A stretch of 31,128 bases of DNA from a virus. Its lineage: Duplodnaviria; Caudoviricetes. The DNA lies in IMG/VR virus record IMGVR_UViG_3300032295_001996, positions 1-31,128 of that record; one strand, given 5' to 3'. The position numbers were made by a program, and so were the translations under genes. Shown here piece after piece: positions 1-7,582 of the stretch (its first letter is position 1; every line of letters starts with the position of its first letter). The notes beneath the pieces were generated by a model. It worked only from the letters and a program-made list of their open reading frames with translations. It was not told the origin of the DNA and did not search any database.

Positions 1-123
1 CCGCCTTCCACCAAGCGTTGCCGCCGGTAAGCGTCCCAGGCGGCTTGCGGTTTCGGCGTTCCAAAACCGGCTAGCTTTTTTAGTCGATCAAAAAGGCTCA
101 TATAAAATACGCCTGAGTCCTGC
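1..123. repeat. Terminal direct repeat (circular assembly overlap), copy 1
   Basis: 1-123 is identical to 31006-31128. Joining the ends places the TGA of the 98..364 gene over the portal ATG (ATGA overlap). Confidence 0.97.
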
Positions 124-364
124 GCACTGGGCCATTAATGCCCGCCGCTTTGTAGTTTAGCGCCATCTGCGCCAGCATCATTACGTCCAGCGGGCTTAAA
201 GTGCCGCCCACGTTGAACTGAAACGAAGCCCCGTCAATCGAGCTGGAGACAAGCGAGCTTTTGCCGCTGCTCACGACATCAAACTTCTGAGAAATAATGG
301 CGCGCAACTCAGCCACGTCACGGGTCAAAAAGACTTGTAGGAGGAGCTTTTGGTCGGGAGCCAT
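98..364 (-). CDS. Head-tail joining (lambda gpW-like) protein, 88 aa
   Basis: Small ORF between terL and portal, the lambda A-W-B position. Stop overlaps the portal start across the circular join. Function is from synteny. Confidence 0.6.
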   Translation of the reverse strand: MAPDQKLLLQVFLTRDVAELRAIISQKFDVVSSGKSSLVSSSIDGASFQFNVGGTLSPLDVMMLAQMALNYKAAGINGPVRRTQAYFI

Positions 365-379
365 CTAACCAGACGCTTC

Positions 380-387
380 GGGACAAG
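380..387 (-). promoter_or_regulatory. Late-gene motif CTTGTCCC, 15 nt before ATG 364
   Basis: Same 8-mer at the same or similar spacing before starts 28716, 19525 and 14792. Confidence 0.7.
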
Positions 388-418
388 GGAAAACCCGGCC
401 CCCACTCAGGAGCCGGGT
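388..418 (-). terminator. Intrinsic terminator after terL
   Basis: - strand ACCCGGCTCC-loop-GGGGCCGGGT followed by TTTCCCTT. Confidence 0.65.
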
Positions 419-474
419 CTGATTTTTCCCCAACCAGCGCAACCCCGCCAAGGGTTTTTGGTTGAGCTTTAACG

Positions 475-2253
475 CTACTCCGATGGTGCCGGTTCGTCAA
501 CCTCCGGCGTGGATGAAATCATGTCGGGAAGGATGCCAAGAATCTGAGCCGTCAGCACATTCATAGCTTCGGCGTCCCACATGTGATTCGGGCGCCCTGT
601 AGCGGTCCACCGCAACCGGGTCTTTTTGGTCCTCTTGTCCACTGTCGCCCGTTTGCGCTCAGAGTTGAGGTGCCTCACGTACTCTGGCGGCGCGTCTTGT
701 GGGAATTCCCAGACCGGAGAACCTGTGTTGCGAAGGTTCGCGAGGATGTCTTTGATCGGATCCGACGCCCAATAAAAGAATGTCACGAACACCCGTTTAC
801 CAGCAGCGTCCCTAGTTGTGGGTGCCACTGCTCTGTCGGGGGCAGAGTAATACCGGCGGATGGGTTTGCCGTCCTGCCCGCGCACAGTGAAATGATCCTC
901 GGCGCGACCAACCAGTGCAGTCCAACCAAACTTGGCACAAATGTCGTAGATCCTGCCGTGGAAACTGTTCCCAGCGTCGAGCAACGTGCGCTTGTCGGGC
1001 ACTTTGAGCCTAGTCTGGATTTCGCGGATCTGGTCAACCGTTAGGATTTTCCCCGCCCAGAGTAACCGACTGTGCCCGTTCTTGAGCCACACCCGCACGA
1101 TTCCCCAGTAATGATCTTGCTGGCAGTCCACGGTAAAAACGCGTGCGGCTTCGTCTGGCATCGGCCTGCCGTCTTGCCATTCGTTTACAAAATACTCAGA
1201 CGCCTCGAGCTCAAGTGCCGGGAGTTCCTCCTCCTGCTTCCACGGCTCCGCGAGTCGTTGCATGCGGAAGTCCTTAGTGGGCTGCAACACCCCAAGGTGC
1301 CGAGCGTCGGACGCCTGGCACCACTGGATCACAAGGTCGGCCCAGCGGATCCAGTAGACGCTTTGAGCCGAAACGCGCCGGGAACGGTAGCCCTCCACAT
1401 GGTCATTTCCCTCGCTTCGCCATTCGCTGCGCTGAGTGAGCCCCCGGCGGGCTGCGGTAGTGTCAGGAGTGATGTGTCCACAGTGCGGGCACTCATGCCT
1501 GACGGTCTTTACCAGCGCGCCCCAGTTCCATTCGCCGTTTTCGTTTTTGGCTTCGTCGTATTTGATGTCCACCCATGCCGGTTTTACCCATTCTTCGCAG
1601 CCTGGGCACCGATGGCACCACTGAAACTCCTCGCCGGAACGCCACTCCTCGGTGAGTTGGTGCGGTTCCTCGAAACTCTGGCTGGTCAAAAGCGCGTAGC
1701 CGTTCCATCGGTCGTGAAGGCGTTTTTTAAACTGAGTGATCAGATCCGAGTATTGCCAGCACTCGTCAAGGAACAGAACCTGCACGGACTTTTCCTGAGC
1801 GTTGGAGGTGTTGGCACCGCCCAGCATGAGCGGCATGTGCGGAAAATAAATTCCGTCCTTTTTGACGTGGTGCCGGTTTGACGGCATGAGTCCCCGCAGC
1901 GGTTCGCAAGCTGCGAGAACAGGTTTGAGCCGCGTTTCCATCCACTCCGCAGAGGTAGCGTCGGTCTGCGTGATCGACAGCATCGGCCCCGGTTGTTGAG
2001 CCACTGCCCAGCACACCAGTGCCTCCAGTGCCGTGCTCTTGCCGGCGCCCGTGCACGCCTGCACAAACGTCTGTCGGCAAGTCGGGTCTGCAAAATCATG
2101 AAACACGGCGTTCCACCATGGTGCGGTTGCGCGGTCAAAGTGCGTCGAGCGGGAGCTGTGCGGAAAGCGCACGTTGGCCTCAAGCCAGTCCAGCGGGTCA
2201 CCGGTGTATGCGAGCCGGATGCCAGTGCGGGAGCCGTCCAGAATCGGGTTCAT
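475..2253 (-). CDS. terL: Terminase large subunit, lambda GpA family, 592 aa
   Basis: Walker A CTGAGKS, Walker B VLFLDE, CPGC/CPHC zinc insert, nuclease motifs TVDCQ and NHMWDAE; N-terminal DPLDWLEAN typical of GpA. Confidence 0.95.
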   Translation of the reverse strand: MNPILDGSRTGIRLAYTGDPLDWLEANVRFPHSSRSTHFDRATAPWWNAVFHDFADPTCRQTFVQACTGAGKSTALEALVCWAVAQQPGPMLSITQTDATSAEWMETRLKPVLAACEPLRGLMPSNRHHVKKDGIYFPHMPLMLGGANTSNAQEKSVQVLFLDECWQYSDLITQFKKRLHDRWNGYALLTSQSFEEPHQLTEEWRSGEEFQWCHRCPGCEEWVKPAWVDIKYDEAKNENGEWNWGALVKTVRHECPHCGHITPDTTAARRGLTQRSEWRSEGNDHVEGYRSRRVSAQSVYWIRWADLVIQWCQASDARHLGVLQPTKDFRMQRLAEPWKQEEELPALELEASEYFVNEWQDGRPMPDEAARVFTVDCQQDHYWGIVRVWLKNGHSRLLWAGKILTVDQIREIQTRLKVPDKRTLLDAGNSFHGRIYDICAKFGWTALVGRAEDHFTVRGQDGKPIRRYYSAPDRAVAPTTRDAAGKRVFVTFFYWASDPIKDILANLRNTGSPVWEFPQDAPPEYVRHLNSERKRATVDKRTKKTRLRWTATGRPNHMWDAEAMNVLTAQILGILPDMISSTPEVDEPAPSE

Positions 2254-2759
2254 AACGCGGCAAAACCTTCCCGTGCGTTAGCCTTCAGCAACTCAATACG
2301 ACTTCTGAGCTTTGGTTGTATCTCAGCTTCGGTAAGCCCGGCCAACTGTCCCGGTAGGTCACCAACTAACGCATCAAGTTCGGAGCACCAGACGGCCACC
2401 ACGCGGGTAGCGGTTTCTCGCATCTCGTCGGCCAGCACGAGCTCGCCTTTTTCGCGTTTGATTATAAGGTCGAGGCGTTCGATCTCCTTTCTGAGTTTTG
2501 CCGTGCGAGTCTCTTGAAAGCCTGCGGCCTGTGAAATTACGACATCAGCTGTCGGCTTTTCCTGTTTTTGAGCCAGTGCAGGTTCTGGCGTTGCCGGTTT
2601 TTGCGGCGGTATAACCACACGCCCGGCAGAGTGCACTGCGCGCCACTCTTCAATCTTTTCCCAACTCCAGCCGCGATTCAGCCCTCGCTTTTCCCAACCT
2701 TGAACGGCTCCACGGGAAACGCCATAGCGCTCGGCAATCTCTTTGTGACTGTATGCCAT
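2250..2759 (-). CDS. terS: Terminase small subunit (Nu1-like), 169 aa
   Basis: N-terminal HTH (SHKEIAERYGVSRGAVQGWEKRG), coiled coil with EKGELV; overlaps the terL start. Confidence 0.85.
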   Translation of the reverse strand: MAYSHKEIAERYGVSRGAVQGWEKRGLNRGWSWEKIEEWRAVHSAGRVVIPPQKPATPEPALAQKQEKPTADVVISQAAGFQETRTAKLRKEIERLDLIIKREKGELVLADEMRETATRVVAVWCSELDALVGDLPGQLAGLTEAEIQPKLRSRIELLKANAREGFAAL

Positions 2760-2760
2760 G

Positions 2761-2940
2761 GGTATTTTTTGCCTGTATTATCAATAATACAGCAAGAAAA
2801 TACAGTCCAAGATACAACCGCATGGCAGTTTTTGCCTGTAGATAGGGCATTTTTTGCCGATTGCACAAAAAAGCAGCAGACGTCCCTGCCTTCACCCCGA
2901 CGAAAAGCCACTCTAGGAGACTCCCTAGTGGGGGGAGTGG
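2761..2940. other. Candidate cos/packaging region: three GGYA-N5-TGCC dyads (2761, 2824, 2846), 20-bp palindrome (2773-2792), dyad CTAGG-N6-CCTAG (2913-2928)
   Basis: Repeats read directly. Position upstream of terS matches the lambda cosN-cosB-Nu1 layout (inference). Confidence 0.55.
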
Positions 2941-2992
2941 GCAAAATTGGGCCAAAGACATACCCCCCTTCATGGCCCAACTTTTTTAGGGC

Positions 2993-3038
2993 AAAAGAAG
3001 CCCCCGGTTGGTGCGCTTAAATCAGAGGCGTCCGGGGG
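2993..3038 (-). terminator. Probable terminator closing the early region
   Basis: - strand CCCCCGG...CCGGGGG stem followed by CTTCTTTT; loop is long. Confidence 0.45.
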
Positions 3039-3093
3039 TCGATTGCCGATACGATCGCACAATCTTGCGGTTAGTCTAGCATCATCTGTTAGA

Positions 3094-3429
3094 TCATCCA
3101 AGCATAGCCTTGCTGGCCTGCTTCGCCGCGTACTCAACAGCCTGGTGTGATACCCCCAGTGATGCCGCTGCCTGGCTCATGTCATCAAAGCCAGTCAAGT
3201 GCCCAAGCCCTGTACCGAATGCCATACCCACAATCCTTAACCGCATGTTGCTGCGTGCTGTTGCATCCAATAGCCAACTCAAGATGCGGACGATGGCGAC
3301 GCCCCCGGACGTCTGCCCATGTGCCCGGCAGCCTTTGACGTACCAGCGCCACACGTCCTCGGCTTGGTCGTGCGTTAGTCCTAGGTCAAGCAGGTCGTCA
3401 ATACCTGCGGCATAGTCTGGCTCGGTCAT
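3094..3429 (-). CDS. Protein with C-terminal sigma-region-4-like HTH (candidate late regulator), 111 aa
   Basis: MSQAAASLGVSHQAVEYAAKQA HTH pattern; last early gene before terS. ATG 3429 is preferred over 3597 because the upstream DNA is a structured repeat region. Confidence 0.6.
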   Translation of the reverse strand: MTEPDYAAGIDDLLDLGLTHDQAEDVWRWYVKGCRAHGQTSGGVAIVRILSWLLDATARSNMRLRIVGMAFGTGLGHLTGFDDMSQAAASLGVSHQAVEYAAKQASKAMLG

Positions 3430-3437
3430 TGAAAAAG

Positions 3438-3658
3438 GTGCCGGTCTCTCCCGACTGTCACGCCTGACTGTTCGTGGCGTCCTCCATTGGTGCCACTCTT
3501 TTACGACGCGCACCAAAGCGTCAAAACGTGCCGGTCTCTCCCGGATGTCACACCACTTGCCCAACCAGCTTATTTGCCAAATCAGGCCCAGCGGCATGGA
3601 GCCACTGGCAGGTGTCGCTCTCCAATTGGAGGAAGTAATAGTCTCTCCTATTAGTCAC
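3438..3658 (-). ncRNA. Array of three 24-nt GTGAC-N6-GAGAGA-N6-C hairpin units (3635-3658, 3528-3551, 3438-3461)
   Basis: Invariant GTGAC and GAGAGA loop; stems covary (TAATAG/CTATTA, CCGG/CCGG, GTCGG/CCGGC). Confidence 0.65.
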
Positions 3659-3726
3659 GCACGACCGGTCTGGCACACGCCAGTGGTCCCGCAGCGTTCG
3701 CGGAAAAGAACCCATAGGGATTGCCG

Positions 3727-3915
3727 CTAATGAACCATACTTGGCTCGATAGCGTCAAGGTCCTCTTGTTCCCAGCCCTCTCTTCGCATCTGAATTTCCA
3801 GTGCCTCTATGCGCCTATGTGCAGTCCTCAGTTGCCTGGACGTCTCGTTGAGCATGACCTTGAGCGTCTCGATTGCCAAGGCGTGTTCAATACGTTCTGC
3901 GGGTGTGATGCTCAT
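3727..3915 (-). CDS. Hypothetical coiled-coil protein, 62 aa
   Basis: ATGA overlap with the upstream gene; helical sequence. Confidence 0.7.
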   Translation of the reverse strand: MSITPAERIEHALAIETLKVMLNETSRQLRTAHRRIEALEIQMRREGWEQEDLDAIEPSMVH

Positions 3916-4223
3916 TTCCCCTCCTCCCATTTTCCCAACGTCCGCAGAAACGCCTTTGCACGTTGCCTAGCGGTGGCATGTGCAACCTCTATCCACGTAT
4001 CGGCCAGCAAATCAACGTAAGTGTCCCACTCGCCGTTTCTTAGCACTTTTTCAGCTTCATGCATCGCGTTTAGGTCGCCGCAATAATTTGGAATCGGTTT
4101 CCTGTGTGCCTCGTATCGGTCAGGCGGAAAGCCACGAACTCGAAACCCGCCGTTTTCGCACTCGCCAATTTCAGTCCACCCACATGATCCAGCGATCGCC
4201 GCGTCAATTTGTTGGTCGGTCAT
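3912..4223 (-). CDS. Phage ABA-sandwich-like hypothetical protein, 103 aa
   Basis: QIDAAIA...GW...IPNYCGDLNAMHEAE...ATARQRAKAFL pattern; ATGA coupling at both ends. Confidence 0.6.
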   Translation of the reverse strand: MTDQQIDAAIAGSCGWTEIGECENGGFRVRGFPPDRYEAHRKPIPNYCGDLNAMHEAEKVLRNGEWDTYVDLLADTWIEVAHATARQRAKAFLRTLGKWEEGK

Positions 4224-4378
4224 TTTGCAGCCTCCAGTTGATCCATCGGAATTCCCGTCAGCGCGTGCACTTCCCGGCACGCTTCCCCGGCCGAGTACGC
4301 TTCGACGTTCCAGTGCCTAAACGGTAGGAAGTCTGCACTAACCGTGTAGTGCAGTTTTTTAATTGGCGGGAGTGTCAT
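4220..4378 (-). CDS. Hypothetical protein, 52 aa (below ORF-track cutoff)
   Basis: MTLPPIKKLHYTVSADFLPF...QLEAAK fills the gap exactly; its TGA overlaps ATG 4223. Confidence 0.6.
   Translation of the reverse strand: MTLPPIKKLHYTVSADFLPFRHWNVEAYSAGEACREVHALTGIPMDQLEAAK
4333..4360 (+). terminator. Antisense-oriented intrinsic terminator
   Basis: CTGCACTA-ACCGTG-TAGTGCAG-TTTTTT on the + strand. Confidence 0.5.
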
Positions 4379-4379
4379 T

Positions 4380-4652
4380 TTAGCGAGTTTTCAAAAATTT
4401 CTCCACGGCAGCCTGAGTGAACCGCACCGTGCGATGGCCCAACCGAATAGCTTCAAGGTGGCCTAGGCGCGCCCACATTCTTACAGTTTGTTCGCTGACT
4501 TCAAGCTGGTCGGCCACATCGTGGCTTGTAAGCAAAGCGTTGGGGTTAACTTGAAGTCGCTTTGGGTTCGCTTCAAGTTTTCGCTTTTCAAAGTTAGTGC
4601 GCTTTTTTCTGGTCTCGGTTGTGTTGTTGGGTGTGGTCATATTGGTTGGCAT
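4380..4652 (-). CDS. Excisionase/MerR-like winged HTH (HTH_17-like) DNA-binding protein
   Basis: LLTSHDVADQLEVSEQTVRMWARLGHLEAIRLGHRTVRF; start could be 4640. Confidence 0.85.
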   Translation of the reverse strand: MPTNMTTPNNTTETRKKRTNFEKRKLEANPKRLQVNPNALLTSHDVADQLEVSEQTVRMWARLGHLEAIRLGHRTVRFTQAAVEKFLKTR

Positions 4653-4671
4653 AGATACGGCATCAGAAAGC

Positions 4672-4953
4672 CTATTTCTGGCCCCGCGTTAGGTGGTTAA
4701 AGGTTTCGTTCAGTTCCTGTCTGTCTCGCACAAACTGCGCAACGGTGCCCCAACGCACTGAAACGCTGTCAGCGTCGATAAGGTCAAGCATAAGGATTGC
4801 GCTTTGCAATTCGGTCTGGAGCAGGTCAGCACGTTCCCGCAGTGCCTCGATTTGTGAGGGAGTAATGATTTCGCACGCAATGCAAGGCCGGGTTGCTAGT
4901 GCTGCGTTCTCCGTTCGGAGTCGTTCAATTTCTGCCATCAAGTCTGGAATCAT
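4672..4953 (-). CDS. Hypothetical coiled-coil protein with CxxC
   Basis: ORF fits operon packing; CIAC motif. Confidence 0.65.
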   Translation of the reverse strand: MIPDLMAEIERLRTENAALATRPCIACEIITPSQIEALRERADLLQTELQSAILMLDLIDADSVSVRWGTVAQFVRDRQELNETFNHLTRGQK

Positions 4954-4984
4954 TTTAGATAGTCGGTTGATCAGTGCTTTTGCT

Positions 4985-5575
4985 TTAGTCGTTTTCGTGA
5001 AAGTTTGCGTAGAACTCGCGCAGGTAGTCTGGCCCGTCGCCTTGCGGTTCTCTCGAGCCGCTGCTGCGCCTCAAGCGCGAGCAAGCGGGCTCGGTTTCTT
5101 CTTTCTCTGATTTACACGCGGGGGCTTGAGGCCCCGCTGTAAATCTGTTCTCTTTCTTATTAAAGCGTCCAAACTGTGTACTCACGTGCCGTCCACCACG
5201 TGGACTCACGTGCCGTTCATCTGGTGTACTGCCGCGTTCATCTGGTGTACTGCTAATCGAGGTCAAAAAAAAGGCATTTCGGGTTGCGCGAAAGCTTCCA
5301 TTTGAGCCCGAAAACTTGCGGATTAGGCCCGCTTTTTCTAACGCATCTAGTGCCGTTTTGACTGTCCCCCGGGAGCATCCTACGTGCTCGGCTAACTGCT
5401 CATAAGACGCGGAAAAACGTCTTTTGTGCTCGGTCGCTGCTGCACTTTGAAAGTGGGTAAGTGCGCAGTAAATGGCATACGCGTTGATGCCTAATTGCCC
5501 GGCGTGCACGACAACTTCTCGTGCTTGCCAGGCAAACGGGCCTTCATCTTTTGGGTTCTCTGATCGTGGTTTCAT
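4985..5575 (-). CDS. HTH replication initiator-like protein, 196 aa
   Basis: AYAIYCAL...SASYEQLAEHVGCSRGTVKTALDALEKAGLI winged HTH followed by internal DNA repeats, as in lambda O; ATGA overlap with the helicase gene. Confidence 0.75.
   Translation of the reverse strand: MKPRSENPKDEGPFAWQAREVVVHAGQLGINAYAIYCALTHFQSAAATEHKRRFSASYEQLAEHVGCSRGTVKTALDALEKAGLIRKFSGSNGSFRATRNAFFLTSISSTPDERGSTPDERHVSPRGGRHVSTQFGRFNKKENRFTAGPQAPACKSEKEETEPACSRLRRSSGSREPQGDGPDYLREFYANFHEND
5166..5251. repeat. Four 17-bp iterons (CGTYCA-N4-GTGKACT), candidate replication origin
   Basis: Copies at 5166, 5190, 5214 and 5235; AT-rich tract at ~5141-5164. Confidence 0.7.
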
Positions 5576-6897
5576 TTTCGTTTTTTGGGTTCTTCTGGTG
5601 GTTCTGGTTGCGGGCAAAGCTGCCAAATCATCCCGTGCTTTTCCGGGTTTGGACTGTGGCGGATAAAGATTCTCGCCGTCGGTTGCCGGTCCCAGCTCAT
5701 CATTCCGGCGCGCAGTCTGCGCTTGGTTGCAGTCAACGAGCACGTCGGCGGTTGTCCTAGTTCAGTTTCCACTCTCTGAAGAGTCACAACCTCGCGGGCC
5801 CAGTTGGTCAGTGCGCTGGATCCGAACCCAGCATAAGCCAAGTCCGAGTCAGTGCGTGCCGTGCCTTCTCGCGGCTTCGGCAGGTGATGGATGAGCACCA
5901 ACAGCACGCCGGTCTTGCTGCTGATTCGGTTGAGCCCGTTGCAGAATTCAGTGACGACCTTTTGATCTGAGATGTCGTCGCCGAGGTAGCACATCAACGG
6001 ATCAATCCACGCAACGTCTGGCCGGTGCCGCACAATTAAAGCCTCAAGCACTCGGAGAAACTCCGAGCCTGAATGCACGTTATCCCGATAAAAAACCAAC
6101 CGCTTATTTAACGCCTGCTTTTCAGCTTCCCCGCAGTGATTCTTTCCAAACTTGCAAACGACAGATTGCAAGATTTCCGCTTGGTCTCCAATGTCATTCT
6201 CAGCCTGCAAAATCAGGCTTTTTAGTGCCCGCACTGGCTGAATGCCAAACGTCAAGACATCAGAAAATGCACCACTGCCTAATGCCCATCCAATCGCAAG
6301 CTGCATCGTTAATGAGCTTTTGCCGATGCCAGACTGAGCATTAATGAGCAACGACCCGCCTTTGCATAACCACCGATTGCCAATCAGAGTGTTTTTATCA
6401 GACTCCGTATCATAGTTTAGTAGGTCATTAAATCCGGTTTGTACTATAGCACCCAGCGTTTGCTCGGCACTGGCAACCGTTACGGCCTCGCCAAGTCCGG
6501 CGACAATTTCCCCGGTCGGCAACCCCTCACCCAAGGCTTTCGCGGCGTCCCTAAGTTGGGCCAACAGATTGCGGCGCCTAGCTGCATCCTGGACTAATCC
6601 GCACCAGCTCGGAAGCGGCGCAAGGCTCGGCATCCCGGTCGCGAGGTCAGACATCAGCGCATAACTCACGCCTTGGTGCGCCAACCGGCTTGCAAGCCCG
6701 ATTGGATCCATGCTGTCGCCAGCATCAGCCGCGGCTTGAATGCCTGCAAAGATTGTCGCAAACGTCGGATTGTAAAAATCTCCTGACGTTAACCCAGACG
6801 CGACGACGGCCGGAAAAGCCGTGTGCGGAGCAAACAAGAGACAACCCAGCACCGCCCGCTCGGCCTGTTCGGCCTCCGGGATCTTTTGAGCACTCAT
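5572..6897 (-). CDS. Replicative helicase: DnaB N-terminal domain + AAA_25/RepA-like ATPase, 441 aa
   Basis: PEAEQAERAVLGCLL...DFYNP (DnaB_N); Walker A AQSGIGKS; Walker B AWIDP; LIHHLPK; GSSAL. Confidence 0.88.
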   Translation of the reverse strand: MSAQKIPEAEQAERAVLGCLLFAPHTAFPAVVASGLTSGDFYNPTFATIFAGIQAAADAGDSMDPIGLASRLAHQGVSYALMSDLATGMPSLAPLPSWCGLVQDAARRRNLLAQLRDAAKALGEGLPTGEIVAGLGEAVTVASAEQTLGAIVQTGFNDLLNYDTESDKNTLIGNRWLCKGGSLLINAQSGIGKSSLTMQLAIGWALGSGAFSDVLTFGIQPVRALKSLILQAENDIGDQAEILQSVVCKFGKNHCGEAEKQALNKRLVFYRDNVHSGSEFLRVLEALIVRHRPDVAWIDPLMCYLGDDISDQKVVTEFCNGLNRISSKTGVLLVLIHHLPKPREGTARTDSDLAYAGFGSSALTNWAREVVTLQRVETELGQPPTCSLTATKRRLRAGMMSWDRQPTARIFIRHSPNPEKHGMIWQLCPQPEPPEEPKKRK

Positions 6898-6900
6898 CGT

Positions 6901-7116
6901 TTAGAGTGCCGCTTCTATTTCACGTTGTGCTCGAGCAATGCCGGACAAGATTTCTGGCTCGGCTTTTGCGGAAAAAAGGTGGATCGCACGGGCCAATCGA
7001 AAAGTGTCCATTGCGTCAGGTTGTAACCCAAATTGTCCCGACTTAACCAGCCCTTCGTGCGTGGTCATCAGTTCAGCGGCGATGCGTTCCGCTTCTAACA
7101 GTTCTGCTTTGTTCAT
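6901..7116 (-). CDS. Hypothetical protein, ~71 aa (alternative start 7161)
   Basis: Helical ORF; A/C-rich leader before ATG 7116. Confidence 0.6.
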   Translation of the reverse strand: MNKAELLEAERIAAELMTTHEGLVKSGQFGLQPDAMDTFRLARAIHLFSAKAEPEILSGIARAQREIEAAL

Positions 7117-7160
7117 TGGTGTTCCCGCGTGAATTGGATGCGCGGCCCCCGAAGCGGTCA

Positions 7161-7565
7161 TTAGAACGGGATTTCGTCAGACTCTAGGTCATCCTGTGCC
7201 GCGGCTGGAGGCATCCATCGCTTGATTTCAAGGTACGGCTTGCCGGTCTTGTCATTAATGCGTTCGCCGGGCCCGAGTTCAACCTTCGCAATTCGGCCAA
7301 TGCAGTCTTCCGTCTCAATGACAAGCGTCTTGCCCTCGACAACCCGTTTACCGATCGCTGTGGCAAATTCAGCCACGTTGCGGCTGTTTTTAGCCGTAAA
7401 GACAACCCAAGAACGGAACTTGAGCGGCCCAACGGCAACCTCTAGTTGAAGCATTTCGTTGCTTGCTTTCGAGACTGCTTCGACAGCGTTTTCAATACGG
7501 GCAAGATGGATCCCGGCTTCAATCTGAGCGGGTTGGTCAGTGGATTCGATTTTTAGTGATGGCAT
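7161..7565 (-). CDS. Single-stranded DNA-binding protein (DUF669-like), 134 aa
   Basis: IEAGIHLARI...SKASNEMLQL pattern, acidic tail ending DEIPF; adjacent to the annealase. Confidence 0.8.
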   Translation of the reverse strand: MPSLKIESTDQPAQIEAGIHLARIENAVEAVSKASNEMLQLEVAVGPLKFRSWVVFTAKNSRNVAEFATAIGKRVVEGKTLVIETEDCIGRIAKVELGPGERINDKTGKPYLEIKRWMPPAAAQDDLESDEIPF

Positions 7566-7582
7566 GGTTTTTAGGTTGATAA

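Noticed and set aside
1-123. Biological terminal repeat
   Set aside because: It cuts through the gpW-like/portal gene junction, and the terminase is of the cos (GpA) type; best explained as assembler overlap of a circular contig
365-387. Late motif as a sigma54 promoter
   Set aside because: No conserved GG(-24)/GC(-12) pair across the four copies
2773-2792. E. coli-type LexA box
   Set aside because: Spacing is CTGT-N12-ACAG rather than N8
3430-3597. Long N-terminal extensions in the ORF track (3597, 5743, 10597, 12795, 16593, 25544, 26785)
   Set aside because: They overlap upstream genes or structured DNA; internal ATGs give stop/start coupling or sit just after the upstream element
3438-3658. 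Mini CRISPR array
   Set aside because: Spacers of 66 and 83 nt are too long and unequal, repeat stems covary rather than being identical, and no cas operon is present
3430-3726. tRNA genes in the intergenic regions
   Set aside because: No T-loop GTTCRA or cloverleaf found here or at 11454-11604
4380-4652. Evidence of lysogeny from the Xis-like gene
   Set aside because: This HTH family is common without an integrase; no recombinase or att site is evident
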